Source: Callorhinchus milii (taxonomy: Eukaryota). Taken from it: a stretch of 64,000 bases of DNA. The stretch is from NCBI RefSeq assembly GCF_018977255.1, contig NW_024704743.1, positions 46,378,001 to 46,442,000 of the forward strand, given 5' to 3'. The notes below the pieces were generated by a model, which had not been told where the DNA came from, did not search any database, and saw nothing but the letters and a program-made list of their open reading frames with translations. Below are positions 1 through 13,655 of the stretch, piece by piece (the first letter of the stretch is position 1; every line of letters begins with the position of its first letter). A program made the position numbers and the translations under genes.

Positions 1-423
1 TGAGAGAAATGGAAAAATTGTTTCACCTCCATGGACTGAGGGCTCTGAAAGTCAGAGAGCATAACCTCACCCTCTCTCTGAAGCCAATGGATTTAACTCC
101 AGCCATTAGTCGTGCAGAAAATGTTTGACATGTTCAAAGTTTTAGCTAAATATGATCCATATAAAACCTCATTTATCTTTTAAACAATAACATTTCAAAC
201 CGAAACACAGGTTGATATGTTTGAAAAGTCTCTCACTGCTGTGCCCATATTGTAACCAAATGTATTGTAGTGTCTGTGACATGGAAGAGATGAAACCTAT
301 ACTGTGAAATTAGCTCATTCAACGCATTATAAATATCATATTGAACACATTATAGAACGCCATTAGTTTCACCACTGTACAAGTATGGATCTTTCACATG
401 GGCGTGTTACATGGATTAAGCAG

Positions 424-600
424 AGCAAAAAGCCACAGCGTCCCCACTCCTGATCACTATTCAGTGACCCAGATGAAAAATGTGCAAATTACAGATGCCC
501 GGTGAAGCAAGTATTATTCTTGGCTGTGATGGCAAAGTGAATGTCTGAGGCTCACGCATGAAGAATACCAATTTTTGGCAAAGTACTGGAGGATTGAAAC
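424..600 (+). mobile_element. Old unclassified SINE-like repeat (family Y)
   Basis: Motifs cctgatcactattcagtgaccc...ggtga...ggctgtgatg...aggctcac.catgaagaat recur near 8395-8560(-), 9600-9880(-), 13150-13270, 28900-29130, 41215-41490 and 60080-60360. Confidence 0.55.
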
Positions 601-887
601 TTCCCACTGAACTGAACCCCATAAGATGCCTTCAGGGAGAAGGAAGGGAGGTAATCGAACCCACATTGTAAAACTTAGGATGCAGCCAACTGGATGTGAA
701 AAGGGGAAGTGGAGCAAACATTAGGTAGGTATTGTGTAAGTGGAGAACCCAAGAATACTGCAGTAAAGAAGGCATCTGGAAATGTTGTAGAACAGGTGTA
801 ACAGGATTAAAGGATTAACCCCAAAGGTCAGAACAAGTGACATTCCAGTGTATTCACAGAGCGAAAGCAGAGATCCTTTGCACCCCC

Positions 888-1872
888 ACAACAACAACAA
901 CAACAACAACAAGATTCCATTTATAAAGCGCCTTTCACGTCAGGAGGACGTCCCAAGGCGCTGCACAGTTGGGTCATGACCCGAGCAGGGGGGAAATGGT
1001 CAGGGTGAGGGAAGGGAGGGAGCGAGGAGGGGGGAAATGGTCAGGGTGAGGGGAGGGAAGGGAGGGAGCGAGGAGGGGGAAGAGAGTCAAGAGGGGAGCT
1101 GAAGGCTCAGTCAAAGAGAAAGGTTTTGAGACCGGCCTTGAAGGAGGAAAGGGAGGAAGCAAGGCGAAGGCACTGGGGGATGGAGTTCCAGAGCCTCGGG
1201 GCTGAGAGGCTGAAGGCCCGACCACCGATGGTAGGGCGGTTGGGGCGGGGGACGTGGAGCAGACCGGAGCCAGAGGAACGGAGGGTACGGCAGGTAGGTA
1301 GGGGGATAGTAGGTTGGAGAGGTAGGAGGGAGCAAGGCCGTGAATGGCCTTGTAGGTGAGGATGAGGATTTGAAATCAATCCTCTGGGGGATGGGGAGCC
1401 AGTGGAGGCGAGCGAGGGTGGGAGTGATGTGGTCCCGAAGCCTGGTGCGGGACAGTACACGAGCTGCAGAGTTCTGAATGACCTGCAGCTTGTGGAGGGA
1501 GGTGGCGGGAAGGCCGGCGAGGAGAGAGTTCCCATAGTCCAGCCTTGAGGTGACAAAGGCGTGAACCAGGGTTTCAGCCGCGTGAGGGGTGAGGTAGTGC
1601 CGTAGTCTGGCGATGTTCCGGAGGTGATGGAAGGCGGTGCCAGTTGTGGTGCGGATGTGAGGGAGAAAGGACAGCTCAGGGTCGAACAAAACGCCGAGGT
1701 TCCTGACTGGCTTTGAGAGGTGGAGAGTGCAGCCTTGGATGCTGATGGTGTCAGCGCCTGAGGTGCGGAGGCGCTGACGTGAGCCAATCAGGAGGGCCTC
1801 GGTTTTTCGCACGTTGAGCTGAAGAAAGTTGTCTCTCGTCCAGGACTCGATGTCGGACAGGCAGACTGTCAT
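888..1872 (-). mobile_element. 5'-truncated young L2-clade LINE (ORF2 C-terminus plus 3' UTR)
   Basis: ORF 1111..1872 has L2 motifs NFLQLNVRKTE, VRNLGVLFD, HAFVTSRLDYGNSLL, LHWLPI, frameshifting into GGRAFS...WNSIP...FKAGLKTFLF. Ends in a stem-loop and (TTG)n tail. Confidence 0.93.
987..1080. repeat. Tandem duplication of a ~45-bp G-rich unit in the L2 3' UTR
   Basis: ggggggaaatggtcagggtgagg...gagcgaggagggggg occurs twice. The sister copy at 44240-44285 has a single unit. Confidence 0.85.
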
Positions 1873-1984
1873 TGAGGTGAATTTACGATCTCACTTGGAC
1901 AATTTTGCTTAACCAATTTTAACATGAGGGAAAGTGGGACCGTTTAAGTGGAAAGTTCTGTTGAAATTCCCATGGAACACTACC

Positions 1985-2250
1985 TCACAGGTAGCATTCT
2001 ACCCCCTGAGTCAGAAAGGTTCAAAACCATGTCAGGATTTGAGCTCCAAGTTCATGTTGAAACTCCAGAACAATTCTAAGGAAGTGCTGCACTGTTAGAC
2101 ATGTTGTCCTTGGAAGAGATGTCGAACTGAGGTTCAGTCTTTCTGTCCTTCAGGTGGTCATTAAAGATCCTACAACACAACCTGAACAATTATCCTCCAG
2201 ATGAATTGATCATTCACATCATGGCTGCTTGTGGGACATTGCTATACACA
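1985..2250 (+). mobile_element. Old Deu-domain SINE (SacSINE1/AmnSINE1-like)
   Basis: Degenerate tRNA-like head, then gagatgtcgaactgagg...caggtggtcattaaagatcc...tgtgggacattgct. Family assignment is from recall. Confidence 0.7.
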
Positions 2251-3689
2251 TAATGTTTAAATCCAGCTCGGCTACAAGTTGGGGAGACACCTTCAAGAAG
2301 AAAAACTCGTCCTCGTAATATAAAACAGGATAAATTTTACAGATATTGATGGAAAGTTCATATAGCATTGCTGTGGATTAATAGCCAGGTGGCAATTGGA
2401 TACACTTATTTACCATCAGGACAGCCCAGTCGACACAGTGAAAGAGAATTGACAAAGTGATGTCCCTCAGCTTTAGTTCTTATTGATAGAATGAGTACAG
2501 AGAAAATAAATCCAATTGATACATTTTATTCATTGGGAAAGTGGCAAACTGGATGGAAGGTGATACAAAGTGTAATGGCTCTCAGAAAATTTGTCAGCAG
2601 CTCTGAGCAAAGCACCATGTGGTTTCAGCCTCCTTTTTAATGCTGATGGGGTGCCAACTGAAGTCCAGGAAAAGAAACATGAACTTGTATTTCTATCATG
2701 TTTAATCACATTGTTGTAAGTTGTCCTTGGGATTAGATGTCAAACTGTCCTTCAGGTGGATGTTAAAGATCTCGGGGCACGATTAAAAAGTCCTGACCAA
2801 TAATCCTCCAGATAAACTGGTCATTCATCTCATGTCTGTTTGTGGGACATAGCGGGTTGCAGTAATTATTGTCTACAGTGAGTTTTTTTGTAGAAAATAC
2901 AAGAGTCATTTTGCATAGCCATGAAGTGAATGACCAATTTATCTGAAGGAGTTTTGGTTCGGTCACAGGGAGAAATTACCTTTTATTTTCAAATGGTGTC
3001 ATGGCATCTTTAACATCTACTGAAAGACTGGCTGACGGGTCCTCAGTTTGAGGTTTCACCCGAAAGACAACACCTCCAACAATGCAGCCCAGTACTGCAC
3101 TGGAGTGACAGCTTACGTTGTGAGCTCAGGCTCTGCAGGGCTTGAACTCTTCTGTCTCAGAGGCTGCTTTGGGAGGGAGATTAGTCTTACCCTTGGCAAT
3201 ACTTTTGTAAAGATAGGAAATAATCCTGGGAAAATTGATCACAGTGTTTCCAATTAATGAGCCGATGTCTTAAATGCCAGACAAGTAAAAATCAGAGTGT
3301 ATTCATTCATACCCATGGGTATGGCAGCAACAGATTTGCAGATCACTTTCTTGAGCTACTTATTGATTAAAATAGGCAGCACATTCTGGAACCCAACTAC
3401 TAAATGCTGTGCTTCTCTTGCAGAAGAATCTTTCATCTCTCAGACTCAGAAAAAGTCTGGTGCAGCCATTCTGACAACAACAATGTGCTTTTATATAGCG
3501 CCCTTCACTCTACGTGAACAATGGCGGAGTCTGGGGGAGAGGGAGGGGGGAAAATGTTATTTGAATATGTCCTAAGTATCATGAGATCTGATTCTACCTC
3601 CCATTACCTTGGCAAGTAATTCAGTAAAAGAAAGACGACATGTTACAGCCCCAAATTAAATTTGCCAGCCTGCCATCAGAACTATTTTA

Positions 3690-4082
3690 ACAATAATAAT
3701 TACAATCCTTACATTTTCTAAAGCGAATCACGTCAGGAGGACGTCCCAAAGTGCTTCACAGGATATACTAGAAAGTGCAGTGGCTGTGTTTTGTGAGTGG
3801 GAACTAATTTGCACATAGCAATGTCCCACAAACAGTGCCATTAAGTGAATGGCAATTTTTATTTGGGGGATAGGCAGCCACGACACCGTGAGAAACCCCC
3901 TTCTTCTTTTGAATATTGCCATTGGATCTTTGATGTCTCCTCCGAAGAATGGCTCCACAACAATGCAGCACTCATTAGAGTATCACCCTAGATTATAGGA
4001 TTTTCAAATCCTGATGTGTAGCTTGAACCCACAGCCTTCTGACTCAGAGATGAGAGTGCTACCACATGAGCCAGGCTGACCC
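3690..4082 (-). mobile_element. Old Deu-domain SINE
   Basis: Reverse strand carries head (cagcctggctcatgtggtagcact..ctgagtcagaag), Deu core and L2-like tail. Confidence 0.75.
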
Positions 4083-4684
4083 CCCAATAAAATGTTTGCT
4101 TTAAAACATATTGTTTTACCAGTTCAAATAATAAGCTAATTGAAAAATAAGCCTTGCGTACAGTTTCCATTGCTTAAAAAGAGCTCGAGTCCCCCACATA
4201 AAAACTTCCATTTTAACTTCTTAAAATATTAAACTGTAGGTTTTCAGTCGATAGGTTATTGATGGAATTGATAGTCAGAAGCACATTCCCACTCATGAGC
4301 TGTCAAGTCAGACTCACGTGTGAAGGTAGTAATTGACAGTTCCATCTCACAGCGTTAGTGCTAGCACAGCCTCTATTTGTTATTGTGGATTCCCTGACCT
4401 TAAGAGGGTTATGATATGAAAAGGGCGACAGGTGATCACTGACAGGTTCCCCATATAGAGAGATATGGTGATGGGAGGGGTAAGGAAGAATTTAAAGAGT
4501 TACACAGGGTGATTTCCAAGCCCGGGGCTGTCAATCACAATAGCAGCAACTACGGTGAAATGGAAAGGTCAGCGGCACTACACTGAATGATGGTCTCAGA
4601 GACCCTATTGGAAATATATTACACTTCCCCACATCAGATCCTGTTTGTATCCAGTTTCAATGCTGCGGTTTCTAAAAGGAAGAT

Positions 4685-5125
4685 TATAATAAGAATCCTT
4701 AAATTTGATACAGTGCCTTTCATGTTAGAAGCGCTTCACAAGCTATACTGTAAAGTGCAGTGACTAGTTTTGTGGGTGGAAGTCAATTTACACACAGCAA
4801 TGTGGAATATGGAAACATTCCTGATGTTTGTGGCTGTCCCACAAACAGCCATGAAGTGAATGTTCAATTTTATTTGGAGGATTGTTGGCCTGGACACGAG
4901 GAGAAACTCCCTTCTCTTTTTGAATAGTGCCATGAGATCTTTAAAGGCCACCTGAACAGGCAGGCATGGTCTTGGTTTAACGTCTCATCTAAATAATGGC
5001 ACCTCCAAACAATGCAGCACACCCAAGCACTGCATACAGACTATATGCGTTTCAAGTCTCAATGTGGGTCTTGAATCCACAATCTTCTGACTCAGAGGCA
5101 AGAGTTCTACCAAATGAACCAGCCT
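4685..5125 (-). mobile_element. Old Deu-domain SINE, near full length
   Basis: Plus strand shows tgaatagtgccatgagatcttt...ggtttaacgtctcatct...ctgactcagaggcaagagttctacc, with a tail near 4690. Confidence 0.8.
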
Positions 5126-5684
5126 GTGAAAAAGATAGGCTAAAGATAGGCCAAAGAGTGGTAAGTGAATTTTTAATGTAAAATGATGTACGCTGGAACA
5201 GGACGTGGGAATATGTAAACAGTGAAGGGCTGCCCACCAACAGAGCACCAAGGTGTAGAAGTTGGGAAAGGTTGTGATTATTGATCATACAGAGAAATTG
5301 TCCTGTCAATATGAAGCTTCTATCATCCAGTTCTATCAGTTGATGAAATGCTAGACTATATTTCAAGGATATTTAGTTTTAAATTAAAATAAATTGATTT
5401 TACTTTCTTTAGTTGACTGTTGAGTTTGGAACATTGATGTCCACTTTGTGATATTTCATAACAGATTTATTAAGAAATGGGAAATGAACACATATATAAA
5501 CCATTGTGTTCACATTCAGTATTTCAAATTCAATAATTCCATATTTCTTATTAAGAAATGTGTTAAGAAAGAACAGAAATTAGATCCCACCGTGTGGAAC
5601 TTGGAGCACTCAACCTTCAAGATGCATTGGAGAGAAATCAAAGAGTGATAAGGATTATTTCAGGATATAGAACTGTAAATTCTA

Positions 5685-5997
5685 TGGAGTCCTGTAGCTC
5701 AGTGGTTAGAGCACTCGCTTTGCAAGCGAGAGACCTGAGTTCAATTCCAGGCAGGGCGAAACCTTGGGCAAGTTTCCTTACTCCACACGCCTAATAATAA
5801 TCCCTCCAAAAAAACAAAAACAATAATAAATTGGTCATTTTCAATCCACGACTGTTTGTGGGACATTTCTGTGCGCAATTGGCTGCCGCGTTTCGCCCAC
5901 AAATATACGGTCAATTCACTTTACAGTATATACTGTGAAGCGCTTTGAGACGTCTAGAAAACATAAAAAGCGCTATATCAAATGCAAGGATTATTAT
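5685..5997 (+). mobile_element. Young tRNA-Ala-headed SINE (family A), full length
   Basis: A box tagctcagtgg, anticodon arm ctcgc-tttgcaa-gcgag, B box gttcaattcc, Deu-like 3' segment, L2-like stem-loop and (ATT)n tail. Confidence 0.92.
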
Positions 5998-6192
5998 AAA
6001 TTATAAGAGAGGCTGACGAAGCATAAATTATTTTCATCGGAGCAAAAGAACATTTAGAAAGGGACATGTTCCAGACCCTTAAAATGCTGCGAGGTGCAAA
6101 TGATCTAGTTGTAAGCAAAGTATTTGAGCATAGAAGTTGAGGGTATAGGTTTGAAATAGTATGTGAATGAACTCCTTGAACAAATGATTTGA

Positions 6193-6345
6193 TAAATAAT
6201 AATAATCATAATAATAATCCTTGCATTTGTTATAGGGCATTATCACGTCTTTGAGACGTCTCAAAGGGCTTCACAGAACATACTGTAAAGTGAATTGACT
6301 ATATATTTTTGTGGGCGAAATTGAGAGCTCCACTGCAGGTTACAG
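6193..6345 (-). mobile_element. SINE 3' fragment (variant shared with 8068-8210)
   Basis: Family A tail. Both copies continue with ttgwgagcwccrctrcagrttacagg instead of the usual body. Confidence 0.75.
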
Positions 6346-8067
6346 GGATATACAGAGAGAAGGATAAACAACAATTGGGAGAGGGAGGGAGGGAGGGAGG
6401 GAGGAAAATGTCTGTGGAAGGCATAGGCCAGGGATTTAATAGCACAGATGTGAGATGGATAAATGTTCTGGAGGATTTGCTTGCTTAACTTTGGGAATTA
6501 TCACTGGGTATCTATACACCAATGACTATCTTACCTTACAATTCAATTTCAATTTCCAGAGTGCTTGGTTTCTAGACTCTATACCCAATTGTATAGGAGC
6601 ATACACACAGGAACATTTCTCTTGCAAGATTACTTGAATTAACACAGGCATTCATGTGAAGTGAAGCCCCACAATTATCTACAGTCGGTAATAGTACGAG
6701 CGGTATGAGGGAGTCACAGACTGGCATTCTGACTATTCTGGATAAAAGGTCATTCTTAAGTGATGCAGTAATTCAGTTATTCTTGCAGTATGGCCTGCAT
6801 CAACCAGATTTAAGTAAAGACAGCACATATGTGAACACATATTATTAGAAACAGAGGGACTGCAATAACTTCATATCCAGTCTCAATGTTCAGTAATAAA
6901 ATGGAAACTGAATTTCCAGATGATTTTAGGTGGTGCTTACACAAACGTATGAGACTGCGTCAGAAAACCAGCTGCTAGGGAAAAAGCCCACAACCTATAC
7001 CTAGTCAGCAGTTTTATCATTAATATTTGGCTGCGTACTCATAGAGATCTTCTGTGGAAGTAATTCTTACATATTTGGTGTGAACTTCCTCTTGCTACAT
7101 GATCTAGCAACTTTAATAGTGTAAAATATTAATCTAAATGCATCTTGTCAAAGTCAAATTGGTTAGCACTGCAGGGATTTACAAACATTTTGTGTCTTAA
7201 TTTCTCATAGATCTTAGTTTTTTCAGTGTTCTTTTTGAACCTCTAATGAATATCAAACGCTTGTTATTTTGGTATTTTTTTTCATGGTTGACATACGGAA
7301 GCCCATATTTAAGAGTTGACAAACCAAAGTTCCATGGATGTATGACTCACTCCCCAGAGAGATGTACCCTTTTATCCTATTCCCTGAAATTTCAGTGCAG
7401 ATTAGCAAGAGCCAAATCTTGGAGACTCCAGAGTGTGCATTGGGGTACTGCTCAAGTTTAACCAGTCCAAACCACACAGCCTTCTGTTGGAGTAAGAGTA
7501 AACTTCTTGCTGTTGTCCAGCTAGGAACACCAATTTCTCAAGATCCCAAGACTAGTTGCAAGGAAGAAGGCCCTTCGGCACATTTGATTTCATCTTCCTC
7601 AGTAACCACCTTACCATCATAGTATCAAGTTGCATTTTAGGAACGACTCAGCAGCATGGTTATGTATAACAATGGCTATCATGTATTGGCCTGTATAGAC
7701 ATCAGCGCATTCATCTACCATGACGTTATTCGCACTTCATTGTTGGCACCATCATCCTCGAGTAAAAGGGATATTCATTACTAACCTCTAGGTAAACAAA
7801 AACACTGGTGATTGTCCATAAATTGTTCTTTGCAGCTCCAAACCTACGCCCTCTTGTTCTGCTTTCTCAATGCATCTGAAGGTATTGTTCCAGGTTTACT
7901 GAAAGCTGTTGTGATGTGCTAAAAGTTTTAAAATGGTAAATAATATGATTTAGTGATCGGTTAGTGAGCAGGTCTTGTGCGTATCCAAACTTCAAAGTTC
8001 ATTTAAGTTGCCCATGTCATTTACTGCCATTCCTACTGTACACAATCACTAAATTTAATTTAAATTA

Positions 8068-8210
8068 TTTATAATCATAATCCTTGGATTTGATATAGCA
8101 CTTTTCACGTCTTCTATACGTCTCAAAGCGCTTCACAGAATATACTGTAAAGTGAATTGACTGTATATTTTTGTGGGCAAAATTGTGAGCACCGCTACAG
8201 ATTACAGGAA
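8068..8210 (-). mobile_element. SINE 3' fragment
   Basis: ataatccttggatttgatatagcacttttcacgtcttcta.acgtctcaaagcgcttcacag is the reverse complement of the family A tail. Confidence 0.8.
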
Positions 8211-9599
8211 TGGTTTGAATTGACTAATTTTTTTTTGTTTTGTTTTACTGAATCTCATTTCCTCTTCCATCAACTTTTCTCCTCTAATTTTCTCCCATTC
8301 CCTCTTTCTGTCTTGAAGGTAAATGATTGCTTTTTCCTCCTGCTGTGCCTTGACAGAAAGTCTTGTCCAGCTATTCAATGAAGTGACATCACAGCCGAGG
8401 CAGATCCTGTCTCTGCCAAAGTCCACACACACCCATCCAGGGTCACCAGCTAGTGACCAGGTGCTGGAAAGCCTGGTTGGTTTTCTCCTGTGGTCATCCC
8501 AGTGCTGATTTAGAGATTATCTAATCCAGCACTGATTGAATCTGTATGGCTTAGTTTAAGGTCCCTGTTAAATATTTTAACAGCAGCTGAGTAGTAAGAA
8601 TCATAGTCCCGAGTGGTTTGTCTGCTACTCCAAAATTCACCAATGAGCCACACTGGCTGGTCTATCATCAACGGTCCAGTGCAGTTCTGAGGATCCTCCT
8701 GTCTTAGGTATTGAATTAGTTAGATTGCAGAGGATCAACTCGATTTCAATCTTCCTTTTCCAAGCACTTCACCTGGAAGCCAACTGAGCACCAAAGAGCT
8801 TACCTCTTCCCCCGCCCTTCCCCAGGATAGGCACTAGTTGAGCCCTTGCTGCCTGTGTGTGTATATGGGAGGGGGAAAATCTCTAAGTTAACATTTGTAG
8901 GAAAATAAAATGCAAAATTGCCTGTCCATGATGGTACATGCCTATATTCCTTGCATTCATGTACAATACTTTAAGAATATGTTGTGCTTTAGAGAAAAAT
9001 AAAATTGATTTTAATAGAGTATTTTTATGCTATAATTTGATAACATACTTTAACAAAAGTTATTTCTGCCCTGTCCAGAAACCAAGACTTGAGAGGATTC
9101 TCCTAATAGCAGGTTAGCTTTCTGTGCTCTTCTCCTTTTATCACACTGAGTACAGAGTAATTATCAGGGTGAATTAAGCCCAATTTTTTTACAACAGGGA
9201 AAAGCAGCCCTTCTTGCTTACATTACACATAGCAGCACTCAGAGGACTCAGACTTTGTTTAGAAATTCACTCTGCTCACAGAGCTCTGCTGTGAAGCTGC
9301 TATTCTGCTATTCTGAACTGAGACAAGAGGGTGTGGTTTTCTCTCGCTCTCCAAATTTTCTCCTCCCCTGAAGGCAGTTAACTCTTTTCTTTTCTACTGA
9401 GTACATCTGTGCCTTCCGCGAATATGCTCCTAACCTTTGATGCTCCCTGCCTCAAACCTTGTGCCTCGCCTCCTCTTTATCGATCTTTAAGCCAGTGCTT
9501 CGGGATGTTCTCCCGACGTGAAAGGCGCTCTATAAATGTAATTTTGTTGTTGTTGTTATAATTACTACTTTAAGAACAATCTCTTAGACCGTGGCTATG

Positions 9600-9880
9600 G
9601 TCACCACCAGTTCCCCACTTCTCCTTTGCTGAGCATCCAACCCTTCCACGGTGCAGCTCTCCGACATGCTATCCTGTGTGAAGGGTGCTACCAAGCTCAA
9701 TCCTGTCTTCATGTGAAGTGCATACAGGCACATTTTCCAGCAGGGGTCACTGGATAGCAACTGGGACCTAATTGCATCTCCTTCTGAACCCGAGGGATGC
9801 TGAGGCCATTGGCAGCACTGCCTGAAATTGACTGTCACAGCACAGGTCAGGGATCAAACCTGGGACCTCTTGCTCTGTAC
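9600..9880 (-). mobile_element. Family Y SINE-like repeat
   Basis: ttccagcaggggtcactggatagc and caaacctgggacc are reverse complements of family Y motifs. Confidence 0.55.
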
Positions 9881-11300
9881 GTCTCTTGAGAACTTTCACA
9901 TCTCTGATTGATTTTTGAAAACATGTGAGGGAATTTCTTTTTTTTAAAACCACTACTTTGTTGTTTGAATGTTGGTGGATCACTAATTCTAGTTGGGCTT
10001 TTGGCTTCGGCTCAGTGCCTTGTCTCACAAGACGCAATAGTAATGGTGCAGCCTTGATTCAAAGGACTGCACAGCTTGTACAGATGGTGCCACATTGCTG
10101 CAGCCTTCGTGTGTTTAAGTTGCATTGTTCTCTCTTACCAGCTGGCCACTAAATTGATTCCATTTGCTGTGGTCTGCAGGGATTTATTGTTCCTAGGTTT
10201 GAATTACACAAGTAAACCTGATCAGGTTCCACAAAGATTCGGTCTTTTAGTGTAGGTTTGACACGTACAACTGAACCTGACAGTGGACAGATAAAAGCAA
10301 ATCAAAAAAGGAGAAAATATCCAAACATTAAGTAGTGTTTCTTTTCTTCGTCTCATTTCTTCAAGAAGAGGGTCATGTTAGAAGGTTCCATTTCATTTTT
10401 TGTCTCTAAAGTTTTGAAATGGTTTTGAAGAGCACGATGGAAGTTCCATAAAATAAACTTTGTTAAAAGCAATTAGCAGCAACACACAAGGCTACTTACA
10501 ACAAAAACAACAAGATTAGATTTGTATAGCGCCTTTCACGTCGGGAGGACATCACAAGGCCCTGGTCAGTGCACAGCATTTCAGACATACATCTGTGATT
10601 ATCAGTTTATTTCAATGTTTGTGTCTTGTAGGCACCAGTGCAGTCCCAAATGCCAGCTAGTTTTATGACTATTCTGCTTTAAAATTTAAGATCACACAGA
10701 ATTGGGTAAAAAATTTAAATGCGATCTCAATTTGGAAGTTGAGTTGTTTTAAGAACTGCGGAAAACTGACTTTCAAATTAAGACGATATTCCCTCATTTT
10801 CCACATTTCAGAGCAATTTAAATGTTTAGGCAAAATGATTTTAATGGCTTAAGTGGAATCTCAGTCCAATAATAATGCACAGGTTGCAATGTGTTTCGGT
10901 ACTTTTGAGAGTGCCTCTGATTTGGAGTTGGGGTTATGCAACCTCAGTGCCCTCGTGGGCAGAGTGAGAATGAGGATAAATAATGAAACAGTAAGCACAA
11001 CATTGCTCATTTATCCGTTTAACAACAGACAAAAAATCACAGTGCGATTTACAAAAAAAGTCTGATCCTTTGTTACATCTGGCAGTTCACCAAGAGTGAT
11101 ATCCAACACTCCCATTGCATCCTTCCTCCCAAAGATCTCCCCCATTCTCTCCTCGTGTAGTGTAAGATTTTAGTATGAATGCTGGCTTTGCTCCAGCCCT
11201 CCTTGCTTCATGACTATTGCATGATATTTTGGGCCAAAGAGAGATTCAATCAACTGGGTCAGAGGCCTATTTCATCTGCACCTCTCCTGTGTCCTTGTGA

Positions 11301-11440
11301 TTTTGTTCTGTCAGCCAGGTGTCTGACACACATGGAAATGCATCAATTTCCTTAAGAAAATGCAAACCAAAGTGAGAATTCCATGCATCCCACCTAACCA
11401 TGGAGATTTTTAATTGAGATTAATAGTCCAGACTGTCCAG
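11301..11440 (+). repeat. Unclassified interspersed repeat (family X)
   Basis: gtcagccaggtgtctgacaca.atggaaatgcatc...caaacc...catgga, shared with five other loci in the window. Confidence 0.6.
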
Positions 11441-11546
11441 TGAAATGTCTAGTGAGTGCTAAATTATCAGAGGTGCGTCCATCGACTTTTGGGATAGAGA
11501 AAAGATCTCTTTTATGCACTTATTTTAGAATTCCATAGAATATTTG

Positions 11547-11857
11547 TGGAGTCTTGTAGCTCAGTGGTTAGAGTACTCACCTCTCAAGCGAGAGACCTGG
11601 GTTTGATTCCCAGCAGGATGAAACCTTGGGCAAATTTCCTTACTCCACACGCCTAATAATAATCCCACAAGAAAAAAATAATAAATTGGTCATTTCAATC
11701 CACGACTGTTTGTGGGTCGCTGCTGTGCGCAATTGGCCTCTGCGTTTCACCCACAAATATACAGTCAATTCACTTTACAGTACATTCTGTGAAGCGCTTT
11801 GAGACGTCTAGAAGACGTGAAAAGCGCTATATCAAATGAAAGGATTGTTATTATTAT
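11547..11857 (+). mobile_element. Family A SINE, full length
   Basis: Collinear with 5685-5997. Tail loop is acgtc-tagaa-gacgt. Confidence 0.92.
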
Positions 11858-11899
11858 TTTACAGCAGGAATCTTGTCAGACAATACTCTTAATAGCAAA

Positions 11900-12145
11900 C
11901 TTGTGATTTTAGCTGGTTGAACTCCCAACAGTATCCTAACACACCCTCTGGGGTCCCCAAGGCTTGGTTCTGTTCAACCACCTGCACCTAATACTCTTCA
12001 GAATTTGATAAGCATGCCATTTCCAAACATCTTTTGGAACTTTCACACCAAGGTGGCATACATATGTGGAACTCTGGTTTGGATACTGTAAAACATAGTG
12101 ACGTGTTTCTCCATGTTTTAGACACCTCTCTGATCAAGAAAAATG
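11900..12145 (-). repeat. Family X repeat
   Basis: Plus-strand motifs ttttagctggttgaa, gaatttgataagca, ggaactctggtttggatact. Confidence 0.65.
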
Positions 12146-12419
12146 AGTAATCTCACACATCACAACAGCAGAGTACAGTCAACTTCATGCCATCAGGACT
12201 CTCAGGTTGGGTAAAGCACCAATTACAAAAAGAACGCTCTGTATTCGTCTTAACAGTGCCTTAACCTTTACCTCAGAACTGCTCCATTACTGAATGCCTA
12301 TCCACTTCTCTCTGAGTGAGATTGGGCTATCCTAATTGGCAATATAGTGCCATTTAGATAGCTCTGTAGTATTTCCTCCCCCCCAACCAGGAAGTAGGTT
12401 GAGACAGCCCAGATTTTTT

Positions 12420-12543
12420 ACACTTGACATCTTCACAGCCATCAGAAAGCTTAGGCTTTCATCCTATCAGCCTCGGCTGGATTCAAACTTTTATCCAAAG
12501 GAGTGAAAGGTCAGTGCTCTCACTCACCTGACAACCCAGTCCC
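12420..12543 (-). mobile_element. LF-SINE-like 5' fragment
   Basis: Reverse strand reads gggactgg...cctttcac...tttgaatccagcc...tctgatggctgt, resembling the LF-SINE head as I recall it. Confidence 0.4.
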
Positions 12544-13391
12544 TGAAGAAGAGGTTTCATTATTTCCATACAGTGCCTTGATGTATTTGTTACTTGTGTT
12601 TATCCAGAGAAAATAAGGACAGGGAAAATTACGCTGGGAAGAAATAGTGCGCTGCAGCTAATGAAAGTAGGACAACATTATTGCGTGTGGCAATGTAATG
12701 TTATTTTTCCTTTGAGTGGAAACAACATAATTTTCCTGGTCAGGGTTGGACTGGCCAGCCATGTGTTTTTTATTTAGTGCATATGTGTGTACGCGTGGGA
12801 GTTTACAGAGAAACAAACAAATCATTGATTGCATTCTGTTAGTTTTCCCTGCGCTTCACGTAAAATGTGCCTGTTATTGGACAACCTCCTCTCCACCCAC
12901 CCCCCTCACCTCCGATGAACCATTCACTTTATGGCTCTCTTGATTAGTTTGTTCCTTTGTAAGAAAGAAAACTTTGTGTTTTTAAAGCACTTTTTTAGGT
13001 TGAAACATCCCAAACCTTTGCACAAGTAATTATTGTTAATTAATGTTGTGACTGTAAATTCTGTAAATTGCTTTGAGCCAGTAAGATCTCACAAACAGTG
13101 ATAAGTTGAACGACCAATATTACCTGGAGAATTCTTGCCCAGGATATATATATCAGTCAGGTGGGGAGAGGTCAAGCTTGGCTATGATACCTTCTACAGT
13201 TGAGTGCACTCCAAATATTCACTGCCAAGGCTCACAGATAAAGATTGGACGGGGTACTGGAATATAAGCAGGAGCAGAGAATAGAGAAAAAAAATTGGAC
13301 ACAATAAAATTGATGTATGTGAAAATGAAAGGGTGTCTTGTTGGCTGAACTGAATCTCTGTCCGTGAGATTACTCGAGTATATCAGGATGT

Positions 13392-13655
13392 TCTATTTAC
13401 CTAGGAGTAGGCAGATACCTGGGTGTTAGTTAATTGGTGGATTGCTTTCTGGGGATAATAATCTCTCCTCCAAAAAAAATATTAATTTGGACACTCAATC
13501 CACGGCTGTTTGTGGGACACTACTGTCTGTGCGCAATTGGCTGCCACGTTTCACCCACAGAATACACAATTCACTTTGCAGTATATTCTGTGAATTGCTT
13601 TGCGATGTCTCAACTACATGATAACGCACTATATCAAATGCAAGTATTATTATTA
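13392..13655 (+). mobile_element. Long-form family A SINE, 5'-truncated
   Basis: Has the extra central segment tatttacctag...tgttagt..attggtggattgctttctggggataataat followed by the standard 3' half. Confidence 0.8.

Noticed and set aside
5685..5760. tRNA-Ala(TGC)-like cloverleaf, repeated at several loci
   Set aside because: Always fused to the same SINE body and tail, so these are SINE heads rather than tRNA genes.
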